The notes: generated from the letters alone by a model not told the origin. 64,000 bases of DNA from Octopus bimaculoides (GCF_001194135.2 NC_068997.1:41042897-41106896), one strand, 5' to 3'. Positions 1 to 11,872 are shown, counted from the stretch's first letter. Program-made: numbers and translations.

Positions 1-45
<45 letters not shown>

Positions 46-53
46 TAAAGCCG

Positions 54-240
54 TAACTCTTTAGCAGCATTCTGATTATTCTGTCAGATGTGATGCTTAT
101 TTATTAGCATTAATTTTAATTAATCCTGAATTTTCTTGTAACTTTCAGATTTCAGTGATTTGATTGCAATAGATTTCCAATGACTTCGTTGGGTAGGTTA
201 GAGAGGGCACGTATGCCTGGTGTAAATGCTAAAACATTAA
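54..240. mobile_element. piggyBac-like MITE (TTAA-CCCTTTAGCA termini), internally deleted copy
   Basis: Starts taactctttagc and ends aaatgctaaaacattaa. The interior aligns by eye with the copies at 12034-12263 and 57231-57458. Confidence 0.7.
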
Positions 241-420
241 TGGCTCCTTCTTTCATGGACCCATGGCTTGGGTGGGACATTTTGTAGCAAGCTTTTTTAT
301 CTCGATTGACTGCTGTCGTCAGTAGCGTCCGTTTTAGTTAAGTCTTATGCTGGGCAAGGAAATGGTATACTTATTCTATAAATTCCCAAATACAAAGGAA
401 TGTGTGGACATATGCATATA

Positions 421-830
421 AATACACACACACACACACACACATATATATATGTGCATGACACATAACCAAAAACTTAAACCTCAGTAGTAAGTTTCAG
501 GGCTTCAAACTGGAAAAGGCTAGTAGGCAGAATTGAAATAAGGGTATGCATGAATATATATGTATATGTATGTACATATATGAATGTGTATGTATGGCTA
601 TATATATATCTATATGTGTGTGTGTGTGTATATATACATGTGTTTGTAGATATATATATATATTTGTGTGTATTTATATATATGTATCTATACATGTGTG
701 TGTATATATTTGTATATATATGTATTAATATATATTTATATGTATATGTAAATATTTGTATGTATATATATATAAATGCATGTATATATATATGTGTGTG
801 TATAGATATATAAAATTGTCATATATATGC

Positions 831-863
<33 letters not shown>
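421..863. repeat. Compound (CA)n/(TA)n/(TG)n microsatellite running into an assembly gap
   Basis: Direct reading. Similar tracts flank most N-gaps in the window. Confidence 0.95.
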
Positions 864-1446
864 NNNNNNNNNNNNNNNNNNNNNNNNNNNNNNNNNNNNN
901 NNNNNNNNNNNNNNNNNNNNNNNNNNNNNNNNNNNNNNNNNNNNNNNNNNNNNNNNNNNNNNNNNNNNNNNNNNNNNNNNNNNNNNNNNNNNNNNNNNNN
1001 NNNNNNNNNNNNNNNNNNNNNNNNNNNNNNNNNNNNNNNNNNNNNNNNNNNNNNNNNNNNNNNNNNNNNNNNNNNNNNNNNNNNNNNNNNNNNNNNNNNN
1101 NNNNNNNNNNNNNNNNNNNNNNNNNNNNNNNNNNNNNNNNNNNNNNNNNNNNNNNNNNNNNNNNNNNNNNNNNNNNNNNNNNNNNNNNNNNNNNNNNNNN
1201 NNNNNNNNNNNNNNNNNNNNNNNNNNNNNNNNNNNNNNNNNNNNNNNNNNNNNNNNNNNNNNNNNNNNNNNNNNNNNNNNNNNNNNNNNNNNNNNNNNNN
1301 NNNNNNNNNNNNNNNNNNNTATATATGCATACATGCATATGTATATGAATATATATTTGTATATGCTTATATATGTGTGTGTCTGTGTAGTCTTTTACAT
1401 TCATGTATGTGTTTTTGTGTATCCCTGTTATATGAACCTCAGTGGT

Positions 1447-1680
1447 AATATCATCATTATCATCATCTCTACTTCCTGTGTTGATGTGGGTTGGATGGGT
1501 TGTCACAGTCTGAGTCATCTCCTGTTGGGATCCGCTGCCTCCATTCACTGATGCTTATATACATCATTTGACTCTGTTTCTACGCTTGGATGCTCTTCCT
1601 CTTGGCAACCATTTCAGAGAGTGCACTGGTTGTATTTTACATACTACCAACGCTAGAAATGTGGAAGCGAGAGGCCTCAG
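1447..1680 (-). mobile_element. SINE/LINE-tail repeat family B, degenerate
   Basis: gtttctacgcttggatgctcttcc is the reverse complement of the ggaagggcatccagctgtagaaac motif at about 56280. It is preceded by a (CAT)n tail. Confidence 0.65.
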
Positions 1681-2244
1681 CACTCTCAGCATCCTCTGCT
1701 CAGTTTGCCAATTATTTTGCCGTGTGGACTGAGTGCAGTTTGTAGTGTTAGCACTTCAGAGATGGTCTCTCTCATCTGGTACTTTGAACGAGTGCAAGTT
1801 GGTAGATAGCACCTGTGTAGGAAGAGTGGTGTCATACACAGGACAAATGTTTGTCTATCTGGATATAATATCTCTCTCTCTCTCTCTCTCCATCTTTCTC
1901 TCTCTCCATCCCTCTCTCTCTCCATCCCTCTCTCCCCCTCTCTCTTTATATATATGTATATATATATATATATAGGGAGAGAGAGAGAGATATGGTGTGT
2001 GTCTGGATATAATATCTATCTCCCTTTCTCTCTCTATATATATGTATACATACATACATGCATACATACATACATGCATGCATACATACATGCATGCATA
2101 CATACATGCATACATACATACACACAAGCACGCACACAAGCACGTATATATATAGACACACATTCCTATATTCCTTTGCTTGTTACAGTCATTTGACTGT
2201 GGCCTCACTCACACATGTACACAAAGGTAATGTTGTGTTTCTTG

Positions 2245-2365
2245 AGGAGTTTTGTTTTGTTCCCAGCCACTTAGTTTTGGGTTCAGTCCTGCTGCATGGC
2301 ACCTTGGGCAACAAGCAAAACCTTGTGATTGGATTTGGTGGCCAGAAAGTGAAAGAGGCCCATTG
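2245..2365 (+). mobile_element. tRNA-derived SINE family C, 5' part
   Basis: gggttcagtcc (B-box-like) is followed by ggcaccttgggcaa...gtgattggatttggt, matching the reverse complement of 19700-19849. Confidence 0.75.
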
Positions 2366-2380
2366 TGTGTGCGTGAGTGT

Positions 2381-2442
<62 letters not shown>

Positions 2443-2734
2443 TGCACACACACCCACACACACACTTATGTGCTTATATACATGTATATACATGTCTATA
2501 TATGTATGTATATATATGTATATATATAAACATATATNNNNNNNNNNNNNNNNNNNNNNNNNNNNNNNNNNNNNNNNNNNNNNNNNNNNNNNNNNNNNNN
2601 NNNNNNNNNNNNNNNNNNNNNNNNNNNNNNNNNNNNNNNNNNNNNNNNNNNNNNNNNNNNNNNNNNNNNNNNNNNNNNNNNNNNNNNNNNNNNNNNNNNN
2701 NNNNNNNNNNNNNNNNNNNNNNNNNNNNNNNNNN

Positions 2735-2781
<47 letters not shown>

Positions 2782-2897
2782 GTGTGTGTGTATGTATATG
2801 TATGTGTATACATATATATGTATATATAATATGTATATATACATACATATATGTGTCTATACATGCCTGTATAGGTGTGTGTGTATATATATTTATA

Positions 2898-3611
2898 CAG
2901 TGTGCAATGAGTAAATTGTTGTCATTATATGCATTTAATTTCGTGCATTGTTTGTATTTGATTTTGTTGACTACACAGTATAGTAGGGTCAGTTGGGCAC
3001 CATCTGTGAGAGAAACAGTACCATGACACATTTTACACTGCCAGAAATCTGGAGGCAACATGCTGTACTGCTTGTCATTTGTGCTAGAAGCTCCAATATG
3101 AACAAATGGTGAACACAAAAAAATCTTTGGCTTGTGTCCCCAAAACTTGTACCAAGAGTGATAAAAATTAAACATCCAGTCTACATCATGGTGTTTGGAG
3201 TGATCATCATCTTCCCACATGGCTTCAGACTCTACACAGAGGTCTACATCAGGTACCTGGAGGAGGTAATGCTGCCCTGGGTCAAGAGGGTGGATGCTGG
3301 AAGACCCTATGTCTGGCAACAGGACTCTACACCATGCCACACAAGCAGGAGAACCCAGTCATGGCTGTCAGACAATTTCTACGACCACATCACCCCTAGC
3401 ATCTGACCACCTAACTCTCCAGACTGCAATCCCCTTGATTATTATGTGTGGGATGCAGTTGAGTGAGAGACCAACAAAACTCCTTGTAACACCGATGAAC
3501 TGATGGCAAGGATTATGGCAGCATTCACCAACTTCAACAAGGCAACCGTCCAGAAGAGTTGCAGAAGATTCTGAAGTTGTCTGGAGGCCGTGGCTGAAGC
3601 CAATGGTGATT
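2898..3611 (+). mobile_element. Tc1/mariner superfamily DD37D (maT-type) transposon, internally deleted pseudogene, truncated by a gap
   Basis: Reads WQQDSTPCHTSRRTQSWLSDNF...I*PPNSPDCNPLDYYVWDAVE*ET...EANGD. The catalytic Asp codons at 3323 and 3437 have 37 residues between them. Putative left end TA|CAGTGTGCAATG at 2896-2898; in-frame TGA stops. Confidence 0.88.
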
Positions 3612-4349
3612 NNNNNNNNNNNNNNNNNNNNNNNNNNNNNNNNNNNNNNNNNNNNNNNNNNNNNNNNNNNNNNNNNNNNNNNNNNNNNNNNNNNNNNNNN
3701 NNNNNNNNNNNNNNNNNNNNNNNNNNNNNNNNNNNNNNNNNNNNNNNNNNNNNNNNNNNNNNNNNNNNNNNNNNNNNNNNNNNNNNNNNNNNNNNNNNNN
3801 NNNNNNNNNNNNNNNNNNNNNNNNNNNNNNNNNNNNNNNNNNNNNNNNNNNNNNNNNNNNNNNNNNNNNNNNNNNNNNNNNNNNNNNNNNNNNNNNNNNN
3901 NNNNNNNNNNNNNNNNNNNNNNNNNNNNNNNNNNNNNNNNNNNNNNNNNNNNNNNNNNNNATATATATACAAATCTATGTGTACACATATCTGTGTGTAT
4001 ACATATCTGTGTGTATACATATCTGTGTATATATGCATGTGTGTATGTTGTGTCTATACACATGTATCTACAGATACCTGTCTCTCAGTGCATTTGTTTA
4101 TCTTTTATCTCTCTTTCACTCGGTGTGTGTGTGTGTGTGTTGATGCATGTTTTGTATGTGTGTGTGTATGTATGAATGCAATTTCTTTTTGAATTAAAAT
4201 TATTCTCTTGAAATTTAAATTTGTCATGTTATGTAAATTACAATGATCTGGGGGGTTTTTTCCCCCCCATTTAACAATTTGAATTTTTCCCAGGAACCAC
4301 ATTTAACCGTACATGTTTTCTCTCTTGTGTTTAGGGTTTTAGTTTTAAA

Positions 4350-5170
4350 ACTAATTACATTCTATCAGTTTTATAGTTATTATCTGAGAGCGAGTTATTC
4401 AAGTTAGTTCTAGAGAGCTTTCGAACCATTATCCCAAACTGCCTTTTATTTATATTCATATTGATGCAGTGCTTGAGTGCTTATGCACCTTGTAGATTTT
4501 TATATTCATTACCAGAGTTGAACCCACTAAACTTTATTGATTGCTGCTCTGGGTTCAATCTTATCATTGAGGTTGTTATTAACCTAAACTTCAATAAGGT
4601 GTCTCTGATCACTGATTAAATTAATAAAATTGAGAGTCATGCCTCAAAATTTCTCCTTACTTTCTTTTGACCGGTTGTAGATATTTGTTCCTTTTTCTGA
4701 CTTCCAGTTGTTTAAAAATTCTCAGAATTCATACCAAAAAATTTGGGTTTTTGTTCATGCATTTTACAAATAATTATTGCTTAGTTATATTATAAATAAA
4801 ATCTCCAGAAATACACTTCTAACCAGACAGAAATATGTCAATGATATTTTACTAGTTCAACTCCCTTTGAAGTATCAGTCATTATTTCTATAGTTTGTGT
4901 GTATATGACATTGCAAATATCAGGTAGTGTATATATTTTAGTTGCTTTAACTATTTGTTTTTTTTTTAAATGTGATAAGAACGTTTTGTTTTCAAAGTTA
5001 AGTCGAGGTAATCTGTTATAAACGTATATTGTACTGCAGACTTCACTGTTTCCCAGCTGTTGTGTTTTTATTAAGGAACAATTCAACAAGTGGCTTAGTG
5101 GATATTTCATGAAAAACTCACAGGTTTCACATGAAGGGCTAATCCGTTATTATCCTATTATATGTTTCCC
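4350..5170 (-). mobile_element. Ty1/Copia-like LTR retrotransposon pol remnant (integrase C-terminal region)
   Basis: The ORF at 4838-5110 reads TIYVYNRLPRLNFENKTF...KIY...DTSKGVELVKY, resembling copia AVYxxNRxP...KTP...LRxFG...KLD...GxxVGY. NNGLA (cf. QNGVAER) lies upstream at 5137-5155. Confidence 0.6.
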
Positions 5171-5321
5171 TTGAACAAACTCAATAAAAACAAAATAAAT
5201 AAATAAACTAAGCAGACTATATGTCAATAGCTGATCTTTCTAATTGTGTGTATATGTGTATTTGCTCATGTTCGTGTCTATGTAGATGTTGTGATTGTAT
5301 GTATGTGCTGTGTGTGTTTAT

Positions 5322-5557
5322 TTTTCTACTGGTTTCAGTCCCTGAAATCTTCCCTTGCTGGGAGCCCTGCTTCAATGAACTTTAGTCAGCCACATTGATC
5401 TTATTACTTAGTTCATTTTGGTACAAATTTTATCAATATCAGTAAGAGTCTTTGTTGAGCAGCTAGGTCACCCGACAAAAGCAAACAACACTGTTTTCTT
5501 CTGGCGGGTGTTAATGTAAATGTATAAACAAACATGCATAAATACATACATACACAG

Positions 5558-5588
<31 letters not shown>

Positions 5589-5720
5589 GAAATAAATAAT
5601 TGAATTGGTTAACCTGAAGCTCTTTTAGAAAACACTTGTCTGAGGTACCATGTAATGAGATTGAAACTGGAATTGTGTTGATACCAAGCAAATTTCTTAA
5701 CCACACAACCACGCCTGTAC
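5322..5720 (-). mobile_element. tRNA-derived SINE family C, diverged full-length copy
   Basis: Both ends and the internal (CA)n tract are collinear with 19471-19849. Confidence 0.75.
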
Positions 5721-5972
5721 TTATGACTTATATTTAATTATAGTGCAGTGTATATCTATGTATTTATAGAGGTTGTATATTCTATATGTGTGTTTGTATA
5801 TGTTACTCTATATGTCTATATGTATGTATATTGATAGCATGTTGTTTCTGTGTGTATTGTATATGTTCTGCGCGTTTCTTGATTTTCTATATATGTATCT
5901 ATGTATGTATATTGATTGTATGGTGTGTTTACATATGTTACCTGCGTGTTTGTATTTGTTCTGTGTGTGTAC

Positions 5973-6067
<95 letters not shown>

Positions 6068-6206
6068 TGTGTATGTGTGTGTATATATATTTATATGTGT
6101 GTGTCTAATGACTTTACACTCTATGTATATTTGTATATTCTACATAAGTCTATATGTGTAGTGATTGTATGTTGTCAGTATTTTAGTAAGTTATTATTTT
6201 CCCAAG

Positions 6207-6295
6207 CTGATGCCTCTCCTGGTGCCAATCTCACAGCAGTGGAAACACCCACTAACCATACTCTCAAACAGACACAGCCAACTGAGAGCATGTAG
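6207..6295 (+). CDS. Candidate terminal coding exon of an unidentified upstream gene ((A)DASPGANLTAVETPTNHTLKQTQPTESM*)
   Basis: Pyrimidine tract ttattattttcccaag| precedes a GC-richer non-repetitive open frame ending in TAG. An AT-rich UTR-like sequence with AATAAA follows near 6760. No homology was recognised. Confidence 0.3.
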
Positions 6296-7126
6296 CTTTG
6301 TTAGCTATGAGGAACACAAAGTAATTTTGTTGTTGGGCTTTTTTAATGGTCACTCATCTGGGTCAGCATTGTTTTAATTTAGTAATCCTAACATAAACTC
6401 AAGTTTTCTTCCACTACCGGACTGGCAATGAACTTCTTGTGCATGTATGCTATGTAGTAGCCAGGTCTTTGTGTATGTGTTTACAAAGTTGTTTTGTGAT
6501 GTGTGTGTATGTAGTTGTGTAAAAATGCACATATTTGTGAGTATGTGTAATGTATAGATGTGTGTATGCATACACACACATTGTGTATGATACTGTATTT
6601 TATGCATGTGTATATAGTGTGTGTGGGCATATATAAAATATGTGTATATGTGCATGTATCTGTGTGTGAGTGTGCACATGCTGGAACTATATAAAATGTG
6701 TACATGTGTGTGTATGTTAGCTTCTTTTCTGTAGAACTTTCAGTAATATATAGTGAGATAAAATAAAATAAACATTCACTTGCTTCTGTTCATCTGCCAA
6801 TTAGGTTTTTTTTATTATTTTAATTTTTTTTTTTAAAGCAAAACCCATTTTCCCTCCTTTTGTTCTCTGATAATTGTCTATAACATCTAATTTTCATGAT
6901 GTGTTTGTGTATTCTATGAGTTCTACAAAAATATCTATGATTATTGCCGTTAATTTAGACTTTCTTTATTTTCTATCATCTTTTCTCTTCCCTTACAGAA
7001 ATTAAGATTTTTTTCACAGCAGTTACAACTTCTGTATTTATTCTTTGCTTTTACCATCTCTAATTGCCGTGGAAACTTTTTGCTTGATTTTTTTTTCTTT
7101 CATTTTTCCTGCAAATTAAAGGCAAG

Positions 7127-7158
<32 letters not shown>

Positions 7159-7629
7159 NNNNNNNNNNTTTTTTTTTTTTTTTTTTTTTGTTTCTGTTTT
7201 TGTTTGCTATTCAACTGGTCAGTTTCATTAGTATAATTTCACTACGGAACACTGGATATCACATTCAGAATTTTATTTTTACTTGTGTCGTTAATGTTTG
7301 ATGCTTGCAAAGTTATTTGTCATTATTTGAAATTCATTAAAAATTACATCACTAGTGATATTAATTTTGCTATATTAATAGAAAAAAAAGCATAACCATT
7401 TAGAATTTTAGAATTGCTATACTTTATCAAATAGCTCCAGTCGATGGATTCGTTTCATACATTTCATTGTTTTTCATTAGTTTATTTTTATTTTTAATCC
7501 TTCAAAAATTATATTTGAATGAGAAATAATTTTTCATGTTATATGAAAATTGAAGAGTCTTATGTTTAGCTTCAGAGGCAGAGTATTTTAGTTGAAATAG
7601 TTTTGACAGTTCACTTACTTAGCTTTCAG

Positions 7630-7683
7630 ATGAATTGGATAGCTATTTCTAGCAACATTACATGCTTCATCAGAAATCTCATA
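7630..7683 (-). ncRNA. Degenerate hammerhead-like motif
   Basis: Minus strand reads CUGAUGA-agca(8 nt)ugcu-A-GAA-AUAGCUAU-C with an imperfect stem I. There is an extra A before G12. Confidence 0.3.
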
Positions 7684-7974
7684 TATATATATATATATAT
7701 TGTGTTATGTTAAGAAGCAGTTACACGGCACCAGAATTTTCAACCCAAGTCAGGTATAACAAACTACTTCAAATTGTTGTTAGAGTATCAGTATTAGTGG
7801 AGCCTGGGCTGGCTAGTTTGTACTGACACTGAGTTGTATAAGGTGTAATAATGAAAACAGACCAGAGAGTAGTAATATTTTGAAATCATTTAGTTCATGC
7901 ATTTCAGGTCTGTGTAATATGTATACAATAGGAAATGCACCCATTACATGAACCTTCCTCAGTTAAAAACATTT

Positions 7975-8008
<34 letters not shown>

Positions 8009-8999
8009 ATTATAACAATAATCCTTGGATGGAATTCATGAATATTTTAATGCATAACTACACGCATTTCTACAAATCACACGTCTCTTAATATCACAGT
8101 CCATATTCCTAGGATGATTATTGTGTAGTCCATAGTATCTGTGAGCATCAGGTTGATCACCATCATGGGTTAATTTCTTCAGACAATATAGCATTAATGG
8201 AATATTTAACTGAGAGTTGTTTATCCCTTATGACCAGTGAGAAAATTGATTGAGTTACATATGTGTGTGTTCTCCTATTTATTGTGAGTAGTTGGTCATC
8301 AGTTGGCTTTCCTTTTAAATGTAAATCAAGAGGTTTCATTACCTTTGTATGGGTACAGAAAAACAGAATGACTATTTAAAACCAGCTCCTATCTATCTTT
8401 TCCCCAATATTCTTTACTCTTCTGGTTACAGCCTGCCATTAATCAAATTCTTTTTCAAAATTAACAACGTAAATAAAATATAAATGAAACATTCAAATGA
8501 AAATTTCAACAAAAGTATTTATAATTTGTTTGTAATAATTATTTTTGTAGAGTTGGGATGGTTGTTATAACTAGTAGGTAGGAGTTACTTAGTGTGTCTA
8601 AACTTAAGCTGCTTAATAGATAAACAATTTTCAATAGTTTTTAGATTTTCTAGTATTTTGGTTGACAGCTATTGTCTAAAACATCTCCATCACTTCATTT
8701 TTCTATAAATGTTCATAATGAAGAATGAGAAATAAAAACATTGTAAACCATAGTTAAAACAAGTCTATAAGAATTGGTCTTATTACATACTTGTAAACTA
8801 TAGGTATTCTTTCTAGTATATTCTGTTAAATAGAATGAATATACTAATTTGTCATAATTTAATACTATATATTTGTTATAAGTATACATATGTATATGTG
8901 TGTGTAATATATACATAGATATATGTACATGTGTGTGTACAGATATATATATTTATGTGTGTGTATATGTATATATATATATATATATATAAAATATAT

Positions 9000-9053
<54 letters not shown>

Positions 9054-9936
9054 NNNNNNNNNNNNNNNNGGGGGGGGGGGGGACAAAGAGAAAGAAGGAG
9101 AATATGCTTTTCCAGAACAATACTGCTTTTTAGCAGAAGACAAATTTGTTATTTCATTTAAAAATGTACCAAGACTAATCAGCAGAGCCATTATTTACAC
9201 AAGAACTGAAGATTTTCATTTTTGTGTCTAATACAGTTTTCATTATTTCCATTAGCTTCAATATTTCAGGAGTTATTTTTATTTCTATTTTTGAAGCTGA
9301 AGTAAGTGAGAAGAGAATGCTATCTGTTAAATTAGTGTGAAGACAGTTCTATATTTTCAATAATGTTTTTGAACTGTCAACCTCCCGTAAATGTAAATAT
9401 TTTCATTATGTGTCATATTTAACACAGTATAAAGATTGTGTTGTCGAGAAAGTTCATTTTATTTTTTAACAAATTTCTTTAATTTCTTCATTTCACAAAA
9501 TAAGAGAGATTCTTTTCCTCTAAAGCAGTTATATGTTTAATATAAGGGACCTTGTATGATTTGAAATACATCTACAGAATATGATAAAAGATAGAAGAAA
9601 AAAATGAGATATCAATCTGAAAACATTGATGTAACATTCTAAAAGATGAAAATTACTTTATATTAACAACTGATGATTGTCTCTGCCTTCCACAATCACC
9701 TACTATCATTATGACCATCATCATCGTCATCCATTTAATGTTTCCATTGAATTTTGTTGTATATTAATATTATTAGAATTCCCATCAAAATAACATCTGG
9801 TTGTTGTAGATGTAAGAATTTTTTTCTTGCTTAATTTTGATTTTGTAACCTTACTTTCAAACACTGTAAAGCTTGTATTTGATTAAAAGGAATAGAATTT
9901 TTATTATAGTGTGAATTAACTGGGTATTTGTGTGTG

Positions 9937-9947
9937 TCTATCTATCC

Positions 9948-9993
<46 letters not shown>

Positions 9994-10006
9994 TTATCTA
10001 TCTATC

Positions 10007-10041
<35 letters not shown>
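9937..10041. repeat. (TCTA)n switching to (TAGA)n, a palindromic GATA-type microsatellite
   Basis: The strand switch is centred on TCTAGA at 10005-10010. Confidence 0.95.
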
Positions 10042-10171
10042 GCATTGGCATCCAGGTGTAGAAACCATGCCAAATCAGACTGGGGTCTTGTGCAGCCCCT
10101 CAGCTTGCCAGTCTTGATGAAACCTTCTAACCCATGCTAGCATGGACAACAGACGTTAAATGATGATAATG

Positions 10172-10172
<1 letters not shown>
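10042..10172 (+). mobile_element. Family B repeat, 5'-truncated
   Basis: ggcatccaggtgtagaaacc...cccatgctagcatggacaacagacgttaaatgatgat. Confidence 0.8.
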
Positions 10173-10217
<45 letters not shown>

Positions 10218-10490
10218 CAACATATAGCTTTAACCTAACTACATTCTTTTGTAAGCTCCTATGACCTGAAGATGACACACCTAAATATACACACTTGATT
10301 ACAGAGTTCTACATGCATGAATAAATTCTAAACAATAGCAAAAGCCTCCAAATTTAATCAATAAAAATTTTCCATGACACCTTGTCATCACAACCTACCA
10401 TACAACCCAATTACCATTTGACAGAACTCAGCTAGCTCTTGAAAATTTTAACTGAACAGAAACTATATAAAGCTAAGGTGAACTCAAATC

Positions 10491-10544
10491 TACTGCAGTC
10501 TGATGATGGTTCAGCTGGCTGAAACTTTGAAGTCACTGTCAGTA
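10491..10544 (+). ncRNA. Type I hammerhead ribozyme (Penelope-like-element-type, short palindromic stem III)
   Basis: tactgcagt CTGATGA t ggtt-cagct-ggct GAA actt-tg-aagt C actg(t)cagta. All core nucleotides are present with a GUC cleavage triplet, and stem I has 9 bp with one bulge. Confidence 0.8.
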
Positions 10545-11170
10545 CTATTCTTGTTAAAGAAGAATGAATTTGTACCCTACCCAAAGTATTGAGTAATCCT
10601 TCAATTTGATGTAAAATTGTTTTTATATACATATATATATTATCATCATTATTTGTATTCATTTCCCCATCTACCATGGACTAGAAGAGTTTCTCATTGT
10701 TTCATTACTTAGTGAAGTCCTTTGGCTTCTGTGCTGTCATTATATAAGGCATCAAAATAACTGGTAGTGTGTGTTCCTGCTCTTTGAAGTTTAACTCCAA
10801 ATCCTGCTGAGGTCAAGTTTGGGATTGATAAAGAAAGGACCAATCAAATGCTGATACCTCTCTCTCTCTCTCCCCTCTGGCTGCCACAACCTGGATGTTT
10901 CACTCAGTCATTGCTAGAATGGTTGTGAGGGTATCTGTACCTGCTTGCATATACACAGAGGCTTAAAACAATTAGCAAAACTATGGTACATGCTGATGCC
11001 TAGTCTGACTCATTGTGAGTGGTGGTTGTATTGCATGTGTCTTTCTCTCTCTCTCTCCCTCCCTCCCTCTCTCTCTACACATAGACATATATATGCATAT
11101 ATATATAAGCACACACACAAATATGTTTACATGTGTATGTACACGTGTGTGATATTGCATCAAAGTACCC

Positions 11171-11328
11171 AATACACTCTGTAAAGTAGTTGGCTTTAGA
11201 AAGGGCATCCAGCCATAGAAACCATGCCAAAACAGACCGGGAATGTGAGCAGCTCTTTAGCTGACCAGCTCCTGTCAAACTGTCCAATTTATGCCAGCAT
11301 GGAAAACAGACGTTAAATGAGGATGATA
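11171..11328 (+). mobile_element. Family B repeat, 3' part
   Basis: agaaagggcatccagccatagaaacc...atgccagcatggaaaacagacgttaaatgaggatgat. Confidence 0.8.
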
Positions 11329-11386
11329 TATATATATATATATAAACTTACTCACAGATTGCTAGAACTATTTTATTTTCCTGGAT

Positions 11387-11446
11387 TATCCTGTTCAAAT
11401 TACATTGGATCTATGATATCTTGTTCAAATTACATTGGATCTACAT
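11387..11446. repeat. 30-bp tandem duplication
   Basis: tatcctgttcaaattacattggatctatga followed by tatcttgttcaaattacattggatctacat. Confidence 0.9.
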
Positions 11447-11734
11447 CAGTTTAAACGCTGGTGTTACTATTTATGTTGTGTCTCTCTGTTGGTCCTATAG
11501 TTCATAATTTGGTGATTCAACAAATGTACCAGTGGCAGCCAATCTTTCAATAAAACCATGGAAATCAATATTTCATTGATTTCCAATTGACATTGTCATT
11601 TATCACAATTCACAACAAAAGTGTTACTGTTCTTTTTTTTACCAGTGATGTGAACTTTGATCCCACAGAGCTGGAACAGATGCTACAACACATCCCTCTT
11701 ATACTCTAACAATTCCACCTGTTCATTGCTCTGA

Positions 11735-11872
11735 ATTGGTTCTCCATTTTCTGATCTCGAAAGGATAGAAGGACAAGTTGACCTTGCTTGGATTTGAACC
11801 TAGGGTACAGAGATTTGAAATGTACTATGTAGCATTCTGTCCAACACTCTAATGACTCTGCCAATACAACAA
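11735..11872 (-). mobile_element. tRNA-derived SINE family A, degenerate
   Basis: aaaggatagaaggacaagttgacc...ggatttgaacc is the reverse complement of the family A core gttcaaattcc...gtcaactttgcctttcatcctttc. Confidence 0.7.

Noticed and set aside
152-280. Minus-strand 42-aa ORF MSHPSHGSMKEGAINVLAFTPG...
   Set aside because: Most of it overlaps the non-coding piggyBac-like MITE at 54-240.
285-335. Minus-strand CUGACGA motif as a possible hammerhead
   Set aside because: It is followed by GAGA rather than GAAA, with no stem III and no stem I partner.
477-2914. Many ORF-track entries rich in YI/CV/HT repeats or X runs (also at 5.8, 12.9, 17.7, 34.4 and 48.4 kb)
   Set aside because: These are translations of dinucleotide microsatellites and N-gaps, not genes.
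8030-8230. Minus-strand open frame of about 60 codons (HDGDQPDAHRYYGLHNN...)
   Set aside because: No recognisable homology and no convincing splice sites.
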